From an uncultured Acidobacteriota bacterium (GTDB lineage: Bacteria > Acidobacteriota > UBA4820 > DSQY01): 64,000 bases of DNA. Shown in pieces: positions 33,154-43,640 of the stretch. The notes under the pieces are model-generated. The model did not search any database and was not told the DNA's origin. It saw only the letters and a program-made list of their open reading frames with translations. Location of the stretch: NCBI GenBank assembly GCA_963772255.1, contig CAVYWK010000021.1, positions 211,462 to 275,461 on the forward strand, written 5' to 3'. Made by a program: the position numbers and the translations under genes. How positions within the stretch are numbered: the first letter of the stretch is position 1; every line of letters begins with the position of its first letter.

Positions 33154-33499
33154 TCAAGTTCTGAATCCCAGTTGGGCCAGAATGGGTACGAGGCTGCCGC
33201 GGTGGTCGCCCTGAAGCTCGATCTCGCCCGTCTTTGGCCGTGCCGCCCGTACCGAGCCGGTTCTTGAGCTGCGACGCGAGCGCCTTGAGGTCCGCCTCGC
33301 TCAGCGTCAGGTGCGTGATGACGGTGACGGGCTTGCCGCGGCGCTTTTCCAGGCGAAACCGTGGGCGCTGTTTCCCAAAGGGCAGGCTGGCGATGGACTT
33401 GGGCGGGCAGGTGCAGCGCCCCTCCTCTCCCCCGCACACGGGGCAATGCCAGACGACGCCCCAGCCCTCCCCGCCGGTATATTTGCTCTCCCGTGCCAT
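33154..33499 (-). CDS. yciH: SUI1/YciH translation initiation factor-like (frameshift near 33225)
   Basis: RRGKPVTVI, LASQLKNRLGTGGTAKDG, then ELQGDHR in a shifted frame. Confidence 0.8.
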
Positions 33500-33606
33500 G
33501 GGACCTCCCCGAGACGGGAACTATACCGCGAGACTCGGGCCATGCGCATCGGCCGACGATGAAGGGCGCCTCCGGGGTAGAATCCCCTCTGGAAAAGGAG
33601 GGCGCC

Positions 33607-33954
33607 ATGCCCCAGGACCCCGGAGAATGGGTGAAGGAATTTCCAGTGGCGGTGACCGTCACCGCCTCGGATGGCACGATCATCGGGATGAACGACCGGT
33701 CGGCCAAGGCTTTCGAGGAGGACGGCGGCGCGGCCCTCCTGGGAACGAGCGTCTTCGACTGCCACCCCGAACCCGCCCGCACCAAGACCTTGGAACTCTT
33801 CGATCGCAAAACCCCGAACCACTACACCATCCGGAAGAAGGGGCAGAAGAAGATCATCCACCAGATCCCCTGGACCAAGGACGGCGCCTTCGCAGGGTTC
33901 GTGGAGATCAGCATCCCCATCCCCGACGAACTGCCGCACTTCGACAGGGACTGA
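33607..33954 (+). CDS. Small standalone PAS-fold protein
   Basis: AVTVTASDGTIIGMN, LLGTSVFDCHP; AAGGAGG SD. Confidence 0.75.
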   Translation: MPQDPGEWVKEFPVAVTVTASDGTIIGMNDRSAKAFEEDGGAALLGTSVFDCHPEPARTKTLELFDRKTPNHYTIRKKGQKKIIHQIPWTKDGAFAGFVEISIPIPDELPHFDRD

Positions 33955-34053
33955 CGACCGGCCCCGCCCGTGCGCGTGCGGGTCGGTGCGGCGAGAAGCC
34001 CACTTGCCACCTCGGGCCATGTGCCGTAGCGTGGAAGGAAGGACGGGACGGTG

Positions 34054-35499
34054 ATGCCCCAGTACGACGCCATCATTCTAGGCGCGGGTGCGGCGGGAAT
34101 GGCCGCGGCCAAGGCTCTCGGACATCTGGGCGCCAAGGTCCTCCTGGTAGAAAAGGAGGCCCTCGGCGGGGACTGCATCGCCTGGGGCTGCGTCCCCAGC
34201 AAGGCTTACCTCCACGTGGCACGGCGCCTTCGGGAGGCTCGAAACGACTCCCGGCTGGGTATCTCCGCCGGCGAGGTCACCTTCGATTTCGGGGCGGCCC
34301 GGCGCTACGTGGCCCAGGTGCAGGCCACCCTCACCCGCCAGGACACGCAGGACAGCCTCGCGGGCGAGGGCGTGAACATCGCCTTCGGATCGGCCCGCCT
34401 GCTGGGACCCCGCCGAATAAGCCTCGAAGGCGCGGTGCTGGAGACGCGCCACATCGTGCTCGCCACGGGCGCCCACGCCGTGGCCCCGCCCATCGAGGGA
34501 CTCGCGGAAACGGGCTTTCTGGACAGCCGGACCGCCCTCCAGATGGAACACCTGCCCGCCTCCATGATCGTCCTGGGCGGAGGCCCCATCGGCAGCGAGT
34601 TCGCCCAGGCCTTCCAGCGCATGGGCGTGGCGGTGACGGTGGTGGAATCCAACCCGCGCCTGCTCCCCCGGGAGGAGCCCGAGGCCGGCGACTATCTGCT
34701 CAAGCTCATGGAGGCGGAGGGCGCGCGGTTCCTGGGCGAGCGCCGCGCCGTGAAGGCCATCAGAACAACGGCCGGCAAGGCGCTGATCCTGCGGGGCAAG
34801 GACGGACAGGAAGAGACGGTGGAGGCGGAGGAGATCCTCGTGGCCACGGGCCGTGCGCCCAACGTGGAGGGGCTGGACCTGGAGCGTGCTGGGGTGGCCT
34901 ACGACCGCCAGGGTATCCAGGTGGACCACGCCATGCGGACCACGGCCCGCGGGGTATGGGCCATCGGGGACTGCAACGGCCTCTACCAGTTCACCCACAT
35001 GGCCGAGCACGAGGCGGGCGTCTGCGCGAAGAACATCGTGCGAAGCCGGCTCCTCCCCTTCTGGCCCGAGCGCATGCACTTCCGCGCCGTGGCGTGGGTC
35101 ACCTTCACCGACCCCGAGGTGGCCCACTGCGGCCTCACCGAAGCGGAGGCCGCGGAGCGCGGTATCGACCATCGCGTGCTGCGCTACGACTTCGACCACC
35201 TGGATCGGGCGGTCATCGAGGGCCAGCCTGGCGGCATGGCCAAGGTCATCACGGACCACCGCGGACGACTGCTGGGCGCGCACATGGTGGGCGCCCACGC
35301 GGGCGAACTCCTCCAGGAGCTCGTGCTGGGCGTGCGCATGGGCCTGAAGGTGATGGACATCTCGCAGACCGTGCACCCCTATCCGGCCTTCGTCCAGATG
35401 GCCCGCCGCGCCGCCAACGAGTACTACGTCCAGACCGTCTACGAGAACCCCCGCCGCGTGGCGTTCCTCAAGTGGCTCGGGGGCTTTGGGAAAAATTGA
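34054..35499 (+). CDS. Pyridine nucleotide-disulfide oxidoreductase (Lpd/MerA-like)
   Basis: GAGAAG, GGDCIAWGCVPSK, GGGPIG, GRAPN, HPYP. Confidence 0.88.
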   Translation: MPQYDAIILGAGAAGMAAAKALGHLGAKVLLVEKEALGGDCIAWGCVPSKAYLHVARRLREARNDSRLGISAGEVTFDFGAARRYVAQVQATLTRQDTQDSLAGEGVNIAFGSARLLGPRRISLEGAVLETRHIVLATGAHAVAPPIEGLAETGFLDSRTALQMEHLPASMIVLGGGPIGSEFAQAFQRMGVAVTVVESNPRLLPREEPEAGDYLLKLMEAEGARFLGERRAVKAIRTTAGKALILRGKDGQEETVEAEEILVATGRAPNVEGLDLERAGVAYDRQGIQVDHAMRTTARGVWAIGDCNGLYQFTHMAEHEAGVCAKNIVRSRLLPFWPERMHFRAVAWVTFTDPEVAHCGLTEAEAAERGIDHRVLRYDFDHLDRAVIEGQPGGMAKVITDHRGRLLGAHMVGAHAGELLQELVLGVRMGLKVMDISQTVHPYPAFVQMARRAANEYYVQTVYENPRRVAFLKWLGGFGKN

Positions 35500-35544
35500 G
35501 GGAGAGCGGGAGCAGGGAGCGGGGAGCAGGAGGGAATCCTCGGC

Positions 35545-36570
35545 CTAGGTGCTCCTTAGGTCTTTTCTTCCTTGATTCTCAGTCTCTTCTCCGGCTGCCC
35601 GGCTCTCAGGCTCCCCTACTCCATCCTCCCCCAGCGGCTCGCACACGGCGGCCAGGGCGCCGGTCAAGGCCACGCCCAGAACGCTCGACAGAAGGCCCTG
35701 AACCAGGGTGAGCAGCAGCCGTGGGATGAGGGCCAGGAGTCCCACCAAAGGGAGGAGCGAGAGCGCCAGAAAGGGCAGGCTGATGAGCAGGAAGGCCATG
35801 GCCAGGATGTACTGCGCGGCGATGGCCCCTCCCATCACCGCAAGGAATGGGAGAAAGCGCGCCCTCAGGACCGCGTTCGCCGCGACGATGGCCTCGCGCC
35901 AGCCGCAGGCGCGCTGAACCGCGCACACCACGGCGAGGCGGTAGTGTGCGGACAACAAGATGGACACCAGGATAACGGGGAGCAGACCGAAGATGCCGGC
36001 GATGATGGCGACGACCATCTGCCGATGTCCCGTCATCCCGAGCCGCACACATCCCAGGGCCCACAGCGCGTAAAGGAAGAGGACCAGGGTCCCAGCCACG
36101 GAATAGGCCGTCGCCACCATCGTGACGCGCCATCCGTGGGCCCTCGATTGCTCCCACAGCAGGTCCAGGGAGAAGGCCTTGAAGGCCCGGCTCGAGCCCA
36201 GCCGGGGCTTGAGAGAACGGTCCGCGGTTGGAGCGGCTCGGTGGGCATTCACCACGCATCCGGTGACACCCGCCTGCAGGTAGAGATAGAAAAACAGAAC
36301 GAGGCAGACCCAGGCCGTGGCGAGCAGGACCGCCCCCAGGACCATGGCCCAGTGTTGGAGCATCAGGTCCGACGCCAGGAGAAAGGCCTCCAGCCCTGAG
36401 GCGTCCTGAACCGCCGGTACCACCAAGGCCCCGGAGCCCAGCGCCAGCCCCAGGATGGGGACCACGACCAGCAGGCCCGTGGCGAGCCCGGCGGCCCAGG
36501 TCACGACCGCCAGTTCGAGGTTCGATACGCCGAGCTTGAGGCCGCGCACGAGGGCATAGCCTGGATCCAT
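35545..36570 (-). CDS. Multi-pass membrane protein of unknown function
   Basis: Several hydrophobic segments; GGAGG SD before MDPGY. Confidence 0.7.
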   Translation of the reverse strand: MDPGYALVRGLKLGVSNLELAVVTWAAGLATGLLVVVPILGLALGSGALVVPAVQDASGLEAFLLASDLMLQHWAMVLGAVLLATAWVCLVLFFYLYLQAGVTGCVVNAHRAAPTADRSLKPRLGSSRAFKAFSLDLLWEQSRAHGWRVTMVATAYSVAGTLVLFLYALWALGCVRLGMTGHRQMVVAIIAGIFGLLPVILVSILLSAHYRLAVVCAVQRACGWREAIVAANAVLRARFLPFLAVMGGAIAAQYILAMAFLLISLPFLALSLLPLVGLLALIPRLLLTLVQGLLSSVLGVALTGALAAVCEPLGEDGVGEPESRAAGEETENQGRKDLRST

Positions 36571-36979
36571 AAGGCCTCCACGTTCTGGAGTATACGCTGG
36601 AAGACGCGAGAGGCGAGACGCGAGAGGAGACCCCAAATTCCGCGATGGGTGCAGATCAACTGGATCGAAGGCCTGACTGGACAGGAGCTTGATGACCCCG
36701 CCCCGATCACCTGGCAGGTGACCGGGGCCGCCTCCGAGCCGGACGCCTTTCAGGCAGGAAAGCCCCAAGGGTGGGTGGGTCCCCAACGGGCTTTGCCCGT
36801 GGGGCGGGGATGGAATGGGCCCTCCCCGTCGCGGAGACAAGGCGATACGCACCCGAAATTGCCCCCCATTTCGAAGGCAAGAGCATTCAATCGCGGAGTT
36901 TGAGGAGACGAGGAAGAAACGGCGCTGGAGGGGGTTTATACTTCACATCGTACCCTAGGGGCGATGGGAGGAGAATGTC

Positions 36980-37444
36980 ATGCTAAATGAGGGCAAGAAG
37001 ATTCCGGCATTTGCCGTGCCGGACGAGACGGGCAAAGTGCGGAAGTTCGCCGACCTGACGGGCCCCAAGGGCCTGGTCCTCTATTTCTATCCCAAGGACA
37101 GCACGCCGGGGTGTACGCTCGAGGCGCAGGGCTTCCGCGACCGCTTGGCGGCGTTCAAGAAGCTGGGCTTCACCGTGGCGGGGGTTTCCAAGGACTCGCA
37201 GAAATCCCACTGCTCTTTCATCGAGAAGCAGGCCCTCACCTTCTCCCTCCTGAGCGACCCCGACGGCAAGCTCTGCGAGGCGGTGGGGGCCTGGGGCGAG
37301 AAGAAGAACTACGGGAAGACATACATGGGCATCATCCGCAGCACCTTCCTCATCGGCGCCGACGGCAAGGTCCTCAAGGTCTACCCCAAGGTCTCCGTGA
37401 AAGGGCACGTCGACAAGGTGCTGGAGGATGTGAAGGCGGTGTGA
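36980..37444 (+). CDS. bcp: Peroxiredoxin Bcp/PrxQ
   Basis: [21 protein letters not shown]. Confidence 0.92.
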   Translation: MLNEGKKIPAFAVPDETGKVRKFADLTGPKGLVLYFYPKDSTPGCTLEAQGFRDRLAAFKKLGFTVAGVSKDSQKSHCSFIEKQALTFSLLSDPDGKLCEAVGAWGEKKNYGKTYMGIIRSTFLIGADGKVLKVYPKVSVKGHVDKVLEDVKAV

Positions 37445-37561
37445 GAGCCCATTTAGGAGTTGGAATTTGGGATTTAGAAGCAGAGCGGGTGAAGGCGGAA
37501 TGATGAACCCTGAGTGCAACAACCGCTATAGGGTCGCCTCCTACATGTGGTCGTCTTGCCT

Positions 37562-37596
37562 ACATTCAACATTCCACATTCCACATTCCACATTTT
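37562..37596 (+). repeat. 7-mer tandem repeat (ACATTCC)
   Basis: ACATTCA ACATTCC ACATTCC ACATTCC ACATTTT, intergenic. Confidence 0.85.
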
Positions 37597-37612
37597 GCCT
37601 TCGCCCTCTGCC

Positions 37613-38365
37613 ATGAGAATCCAGAGCCCTCCCTTGGATGTGGGGCTCCAGTTCGCCCTGGGACCACTCCTCCTGGCCCAGGGACTCTACGTCCGCAAGA
37701 CGATCCCCAAGCTCCCCGAGCCGCAGGGAGACCGCGCGGGCATCTGCGGTAGCGGGAGAGAGCTGCGTTTGCTCATCCTGGGCGACTCGGCGGCGGCGGG
37801 GGTGGGCGCGGCCTCGCAATCGGAGGCGCTGTCGGGGCAGGTGGTCTCCAGGCTCAGCGGCGCCTTCCGCGTGTCGTGGCGCCTGCTTGCTCACACGGGG
37901 TACACCACGCGGGCCACCCTCCGCCGGCTCGAGCAGGAGCCCCCAGCGCCTTTCGATGTGGCGCTGACCTCCTTGGGCGTGAACGATGTCACCTCGGGGA
38001 GGACTCTGAACGTGTGGCTGCGCGAACAATCCCGGCTCGCGGGCATACTCAGGCAGAAGTTCTCCGTCCGCCATTTCCTCCTGTCCGGGCTCCCGCCGGT
38101 GGGGCATTTCCCCTCCCTCCCCCACCCGCTCAGGTTCTGGCTGGGCCGCCGGGCGGAGCGCTTCGACGGGGCACTGGAGCGCTGGGCCGCCTCCCAGCCC
38201 GACTGCGACTACATGGGGGTGCGGTCTGGCGGAGAGGTTGAGGTGACCGGGGTCCACCAGATGGCCACCGACGGGTTCCACCCCGGGCCCGAGATCTACG
38301 CCATGTGGGGCGAAGCCGCCTCGAAGCGTATCCGGGCAAGGTGGGACAGTGCGGCCTCCCATTGA
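37613..38365 (+). CDS. SGNH/GDSL hydrolase
   Basis: GDSAAAG, GVND, DGFHP. Confidence 0.88.
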   Translation: MRIQSPPLDVGLQFALGPLLLAQGLYVRKTIPKLPEPQGDRAGICGSGRELRLLILGDSAAAGVGAASQSEALSGQVVSRLSGAFRVSWRLLAHTGYTTRATLRRLEQEPPAPFDVALTSLGVNDVTSGRTLNVWLREQSRLAGILRQKFSVRHFLLSGLPPVGHFPSLPHPLRFWLGRRAERFDGALERWAASQPDCDYMGVRSGGEVEVTGVHQMATDGFHPGPEIYAMWGEAASKRIRARWDSAASH

Positions 38366-38382
38366 AAGGGAAAGGTGCGGGA

Positions 38383-38877
38383 TTGGCTTATTGGCTCGTG
38401 AAGACCGAACCGGGGGCGTACGCGTGGGCAGACCTGCTGCGGGACAAGAAGACCGCCTGGACGGGGGTTCGGAACTTCCTGGCCCGCAACAACCTGCGGG
38501 CCATGGCCAAGGGCGACCTCTGTCTGGTCTACCACTCGGTCTCCGAAAAGGCCGTCGTCGGCGTTGCGCGCGTCACCAAAAAAGCCTATCCCGACCCGAC
38601 GGCCCCCAACCCAAAAGAAAAAGGTGGCGACTGGTCCTGCGTGGACATCGCCCCCGCCTTCGCCCTGAAACGCCCCGTGACCCTCGCGCAGATCAAGGCC
38701 GACCCGGCGCTGCAGGACATGGCCCTCCTCCGCCAATCCCGCCTCAGCGTCTGTCCCGTCGCGCCGGCCGAGTTCCGCAGGATTCGCATCGTGGAGACTG
38801 AGGAGTGGATCCCCGGGCCCGAAGGCCCCCCGTCGCCTGCCGAAGTCCGAACCTCGCGGGGGCGGCTCCTCCAGTGA
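38383..38877 (+). CDS. EVE-domain protein
   Basis: YWLVKTEP, WTGVRNFLARN, YHS, RQSRLSV. The C-terminal extension is atypical. Confidence 0.85.
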   Translation: MAYWLVKTEPGAYAWADLLRDKKTAWTGVRNFLARNNLRAMAKGDLCLVYHSVSEKAVVGVARVTKKAYPDPTAPNPKEKGGDWSCVDIAPAFALKRPVTLAQIKADPALQDMALLRQSRLSVCPVAPAEFRRIRIVETEEWIPGPEGPPSPAEVRTSRGRLLQ

Positions 38878-39064
38878 CCTGCATGTGCGGCCACGGTGCT
38901 CGCGCGGTAAACCTCGCCGACAAGGACTTGGACCTCCGTCGCGTCACCATCCGAACCGAGGCCCTCATGTCGATCTCCCGGCACCCTCTCGTTCCTCCGA
39001 CCAGTCCTGGACTTTCTCCGTTCGCCAGGATGACGCAGTGAGCATCCCGCCCAGGATGCCCCCG

Positions 39065-40370
39065 TCAGTTGGCGGGATGCGGGGAGGGCGACGGTCTTCC
39101 CGCGGCGACGGGCGGCAGGGTCCAGGTGAAACCGATGGCGGCGCGCTTCCCCTCGGTCAGTTTCTGGTAGAGTGAATCGGCGTCGGGAACCGCGAGGGTG
39201 GCCGAACCGTCGGGGTGCAGCGTGTACGCTATGGGCTTGCCCGAGAAGGGATCGGGAATCTTGGCGCCGGGGAAAGCAGACAAGTCAGTGGGATAAGCGC
39301 CTCGCTCCAGCCCCGCCCTTCGGACCTCTAATCCGAGAGCGGTCATCTGCCTCAGGGCCAAGGTTGCCTGCATCCGGCCAGCCGGACTCCCGAAGCTGCG
39401 CGCTTGTATGCTTCCAATCCCGGCCCAAGGGAGTACCCCAAGCGGATGAGGAGGCGCGGGAGACCTCAGCGCGTAGGGTTCCCGTGCCCAGGAAACGGTC
39501 TCAACCCACAGGCGAAGGTAGCGGGCATGATCGAGGTCGCCGGTCATCCAACTGATGAGCCGGGACCGCAGGCTTGGCCTGCCGGAAGAATCCTCCCCTT
39601 CGGCTGCCGCCCCCATCCGGGTCTCCAGGTCAGCCGCCTCCTTGCCCATTGCCCTTCGCCAAGCGTCCATCAAGTTCGCGCTCGGGATAAGGGCATCGAG
39701 CTTTGAGATAGCGGCCTCGTCTAGCGCCGGCGAGCCGGAGGCCTCATGGAGCACCGGCAGGAGAACACGCTCAGCGTAGGATCCCTAGCAGAAGCTTCAG
39801 CGTTTCGGGTTCCCGCTCCATGGCGGAGGGCGAGGTCCGATAGAGTCCTGACGTCGCTGGAGAAGCGATCCGCCTCATTCTGACTGAAGGGCGTCGCTGG
39901 CGTCCGCGGCAAGCAGCCGCGCGCTCGTCACCAAGGCAAGGTTCTGGCGTCCGTCGTCGCCCCTGAGGGCCTGAAGGTCACATCTCTTCATGCCCGAGGT
40001 CCGCCGGAGAAGAGCGAGAGCAGGAGCGTTTCGCACCTTGATCAGCTGTAAAACGATCCACCTGTTCCCTCGTCCATTGAGAGGACGGAGAGTCTGCCAG
40101 AAGCCCCAAAGTGGCGCGCTCCTGCTGAAACGTCACCACAGCCTGGGCACCGGCCAACAGCCAGACCGCGCCGTTGTCTTCTTCTGGTATCCAGCTTGGG
40201 CTTATAGGCCATCCGGGCTCCAAAGGCCCCACCTTGGCCTCGAACTCCTTACGCGCTTCGGCCAACTCATTGGCGCCACGCGAGCGATAGTAAAGCGTCA
40301 CGGCGAGGAGGGCCAGGAGGAGCAGGGCCACGCACCGAACGGTCCACCGGAACCAGGATCGTTTCCACAT
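39065..40370 (-). CDS. Membrane-anchored hypothetical protein (multiple frameshifts)
   Basis: N-terminal TM (MWKRSWFRW...), IPEEDNGA, C-terminal GAYPTDL..IPDPFSGKPIAY; split over several frames. Confidence 0.55.
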
Positions 40371-40381
40371 CGTTGTCCCCC

Positions 40382-40749
40382 TTAGAGTCCCGCGACCACC
40401 GAATGGTCGCCTTGTAGAGTGATCACGCTGCATCCGCGAAGGCGGCGTGCACATCATTTGGTTGGTAATGCCCAGGGCCGCGAGGTCCGCATCCTGCATG
40501 GAGACAGGCCTGGCGGCCATCTCGCGCGGGGCGTGTTCCGGCGAAGCGAGGCCGAGCAAAGTATGGGCCAGAACCAGCAGCAACAGAGCGGCGGCCCAGG
40601 CCCAGTCCCAGGGTCCAAAGGCGCGCCGGGGAAGCGGAGCCGATTGGGCCGCCCGGGGAGCCCCCTCCGCGGCCCGCAACGCGCGCGCCTTCAGTTCAGA
40701 GGGCGGTTCGGGCGAGCGGAACGGATTCGAGCGGATGTTTGTTGGTCAT
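40382..40749 (-). CDS. Putative anti-sigma factor, single TM (frameshifted)
   Basis: Coupled to the ECF gene; short cytoplasmic part, then WAWAAALLLLVL TM. Boundaries are inferred. Confidence 0.5.
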
Positions 40750-41274
40750 GACGATTCTCCCGATCAATCGGCGCAACCGAGTCAGGGCCAGCCGGTGGCG
40801 GCTGGCGGCGGTGAAAAGTGAGATACCCAGGGTCATTCCGATCTCGGCGAAAGAGAGGTCGCAGAAGTGCCGCAGGTAAATGACCTCGCGATGCTCGGGC
40901 GTAAGCTTGGCCACGGCCAGAGACGCCTCCCGTGCGGCCAGCAGCTCCCGGGGACTTGAGCCGCCGTCCAAGAGAAGTGCCTCGTCCAGGGGCGCCGTCC
41001 GGCGGCGGGCGCGGAAGAGGTCCACCGCCGCCCGGTGGGTCATGCGCAGAAGATAGGCCTTGGGCTTGGACACTTCGCTCAAGGGGGAACCGGTCTGAGC
41101 TAGCCGCACAAACACCTCCTGCACCACGTCCGACGCGTCATCCGGGTTTCCGGTCTTCCAGAGCGCGAAGCCGTAGAGGTCTCTTCCGGCCGCATCGTAG
41201 ATCACCGCCATGGCCTCCTGTTCCCCCCGGGCCAGGGATGAGAACGCCCCGGCTAGAACTCCATCGTCGGACAT
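40746..41274 (-). CDS. ECF RNA polymerase sigma factor
   Basis: DASDVVQEVF, KAYLLR, LTPEHREVIYLR..LSFAEI. Confidence 0.88.
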
Positions 41275-41457
41275 GGACCCCCCAAGATGCTTGCTTACTT
41301 CCGCCCGAGCAACCGGGAGGACGTCTCTCCTCCCACTCTATAGACGGCGCGGCGGAGCCATTTTGTCACATTGTCAGCGGCCGGCTTTTGACCTGCCTCT
41401 CCGCCCCGCGTAGAATAGCCTCCGTCGGCACCATATTCCCGGCCATCGAGGAAGACC

Positions 41458-42454
41458 ATGCCCGTTCAATCCTTCGCTCCTGTCTCTCCGTACCCTCCCC
41501 CGCCGTGTCCCGGCTTTCTTGCTTTTCACTTTTCACTTTTCACTTCTCACCTTTCTCCTGGCCTGCGCGCCGCAGAGACCGCCCGAGGTGACGCCCTCTC
41601 CCGGCGCCACGAAAGAGGTCCCGCCCAAGGTGGGGCTCGCGTTGGGCGGCGGCGGCGCCCGCGGCTTCGCGGAGATCGGCGTGCTCCGAGTGCTGGAGCA
41701 GGAGAGGATCCCCGTGGACCTGGTGGTGGGAACCTCGGTGGGCAGCCTCATCGGCGCCCTGTATTGCGATACGGGCCGAGTTCTGGATGCGGAGTTCCAG
41801 GCGGTGGCCGTGACGGAGGAGGACATCTTCGACTACAAGGCGCTGGCCATCCTCTCCGGAGGCCTGGTGAAGGGCGAGCGCCTCGAAGCATTCCTCAACA
41901 CGCACCTCAAGCACAAGACCATCGAGGCCATGACCGTGCCCTTCGCCGCGGTGGCCGTGGACCTCATGTCGGGACGGGCCGTGGCTTTCGAACGCGGGTC
42001 CGCGGCCCAGGCGGTCCACGCCTCCGCGGCCATCCCGGGGGTCTTCGTGCCCGTGGAGTTCGGGGGGCGCCTCTACGTGGACGGCGGCGTCTTGGATCCC
42101 GTTCCCGTGGATTTTGCAAGGCAGAAGGGGGCCGAAGTGGTCATCGCCGTGTCCATTCCGCCCGGACCTCCCGCGGCGCGGCCGGGCAATCCCGTGGAAG
42201 TGGCCCTCCAATCCATCGCCCTCATGTCCGCCGAGATGGGCGCCATCAAGGCCAAGGCCGCGGACGTGGTGATCACGCCCGACGTGGGCGGGGTGCCCTT
42301 CGACGATTTCACCCAGAAGAAGCGCCTCATCGACGCGGGCGAAGCCGCCGCGAGGCAGGCGATTCCCGCGATCCGCGCCGCCCTCGCCAACAAGACCAAA
42401 CGCGTGCCCGCTGGAGGCGACACCATGAGCAAAAGTGAGGCCACGAATCCATGA
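41458..42454 (+). CDS. Patatin-like phospholipase, lipoprotein (1-nt frameshift near the start)
   Basis: GGGGARG, GTSVG, DGG; lipobox LLAC. Confidence 0.88.
41523..41550 (+). repeat. 7-mer tandem repeat (TTTTCAC) inside the patatin signal peptide
   Basis: TTTTCAC x3 plus TTCTCAC. Confidence 0.85.
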
Positions 42455-42480
42455 GCCTGGGCGCTCGCGATTGTTTGCTC

Positions 42481-42527
42481 CTCACTTTTCACTCTTCTCT
42501 TTTCACTTTTTACTTTTCACTTTTCAC
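42481..42527 (+). repeat. Degenerate TTTTCAC tandem repeat, intergenic
   Basis: About six imperfect 7-mer units after the patatin gene. Confidence 0.8.
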
Positions 42528-42551
42528 CGTGTTTTCTGAGGTGACCTTGGC

Positions 42552-43118
42552 ATGAGAACACTCCAGTTCGTCCTCGGGTTTCTGGCATGTTCCGCCATGG
42601 CGGCCTGCGGCGCCGTGAAAACCGCCCCCGATTCGGACCTGCGGGCTGCCGCGCAGGACGGCTCCTACACCCTGAGCGTCCGGAGCGACAACGCGGGCCT
42701 GGACGCCCTCCTTTACCCCATGGCCGTGGCGGAACTCGCCCCGCTCCTCCCCATCGGGACCGCCGCCCCCGTGAACGGGGAAGTCCAGGTGCTCTTCTCC
42801 ACGACCCAGACCTTGAGCGACCCGAGCGTGGGCTTCGGCGTGGGATCCGCGGTGGGCACGTGGGGCTCGGGTGCCAGTTCGAGCGAGGGCGTGGCCTCCG
42901 GCGGGCCCAGGGCGTACCTCGACGGCTCGCTCCTGGTGGTGGTCAGAGACTCGGCGGGGCGCCAGCTCTGGTTCGCCGACTGCAAGCACAAGGGGCGTTT
43001 CTCCCTAGCGGCGACGCCTCAGGACGTGGCGCGCCTCTGCCTCCAACAGGTTGCCCATAAGCTCAGCGCCGACCTCAAAAAGGCGGGGATTTCGCCCGCC
43101 AAGAGACCGACCTCATGA
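42552..43118 (+). CDS. Hypothetical lipoprotein
   Basis: Lipobox MAAC; Gly-rich VGFGVG segment; DGSLLVVVRD..QLW. Confidence 0.7.
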   Translation: MRTLQFVLGFLACSAMAACGAVKTAPDSDLRAAAQDGSYTLSVRSDNAGLDALLYPMAVAELAPLLPIGTAAPVNGEVQVLFSTTQTLSDPSVGFGVGSAVGTWGSGASSSEGVASGGPRAYLDGSLLVVVRDSAGRQLWFADCKHKGRFSLAATPQDVARLCLQQVAHKLSADLKKAGISPAKRPTS

Positions 43119-43631
43119 AACGTGTCCCCCTCGACCGGCTCATCCTCAGGCCCTTCCACCTATTGGACCAAGAGTGGGCCCTCCTCGTGGCCGGGTCCCC
43201 CTCCCCCAACCCCATGACCGTGTCCTGGGGAGGACTGGGAACCCTGTGGAACCGTCCCGTGGTGACCCTCTACGTCCGCCCCACGCGATTCACCTACGGG
43301 CTCTTGAACGACCATCCGGAGTTCACCTTGAACATCCTCCCTCCTGCCATGCGCCCGGCCCTCGATCTCTGCGGCAGCCGCTCGGGCCGGGATACGGACA
43401 AGTGGACCGGTGCGCACCTTGTTCCCGAACCCTCGGAGACCGTGGCCGTGCCTCGCGTGGCGGGTGCCGATCTGGCCCTGGAGTGCCGCACGCTGCTCAC
43501 CTTCGAGCTGGACCCGGCGCGATTCCTCGACCCCGCCATCGAAGGTCCTCTACCCGAACAAGGACTACCACCGGGCTTACATCGGCCAGGTCCTCGCCGC
43601 TTGGGCCTCGGACCGGTTTACGGCGCCCTGA
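43115..43631 (+). CDS. Flavin-reductase-like FMN-binding protein (frameshift near 43545)
   Basis: NPMTVSWGGLG, VRPTRFT, CGSRSGRDTDK; C-terminal YPNKDYHRAYIG in a shifted frame. Confidence 0.82.
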
Positions 43632-43640
43632 GGAGTGGCG

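Noticed and set aside
34054-35499. Mercuric reductase merA
   Set aside because: No C-terminal vicinal Cys pair, no N-terminal metal-binding domain and no mer genes nearby.
39978-41274. Sigma/anti-sigma and anti-sigma/downstream fusions implied by the ORF track
   Set aside because: The ATGA overlap and separate SD-like signals suggest separate genes merged by indels.
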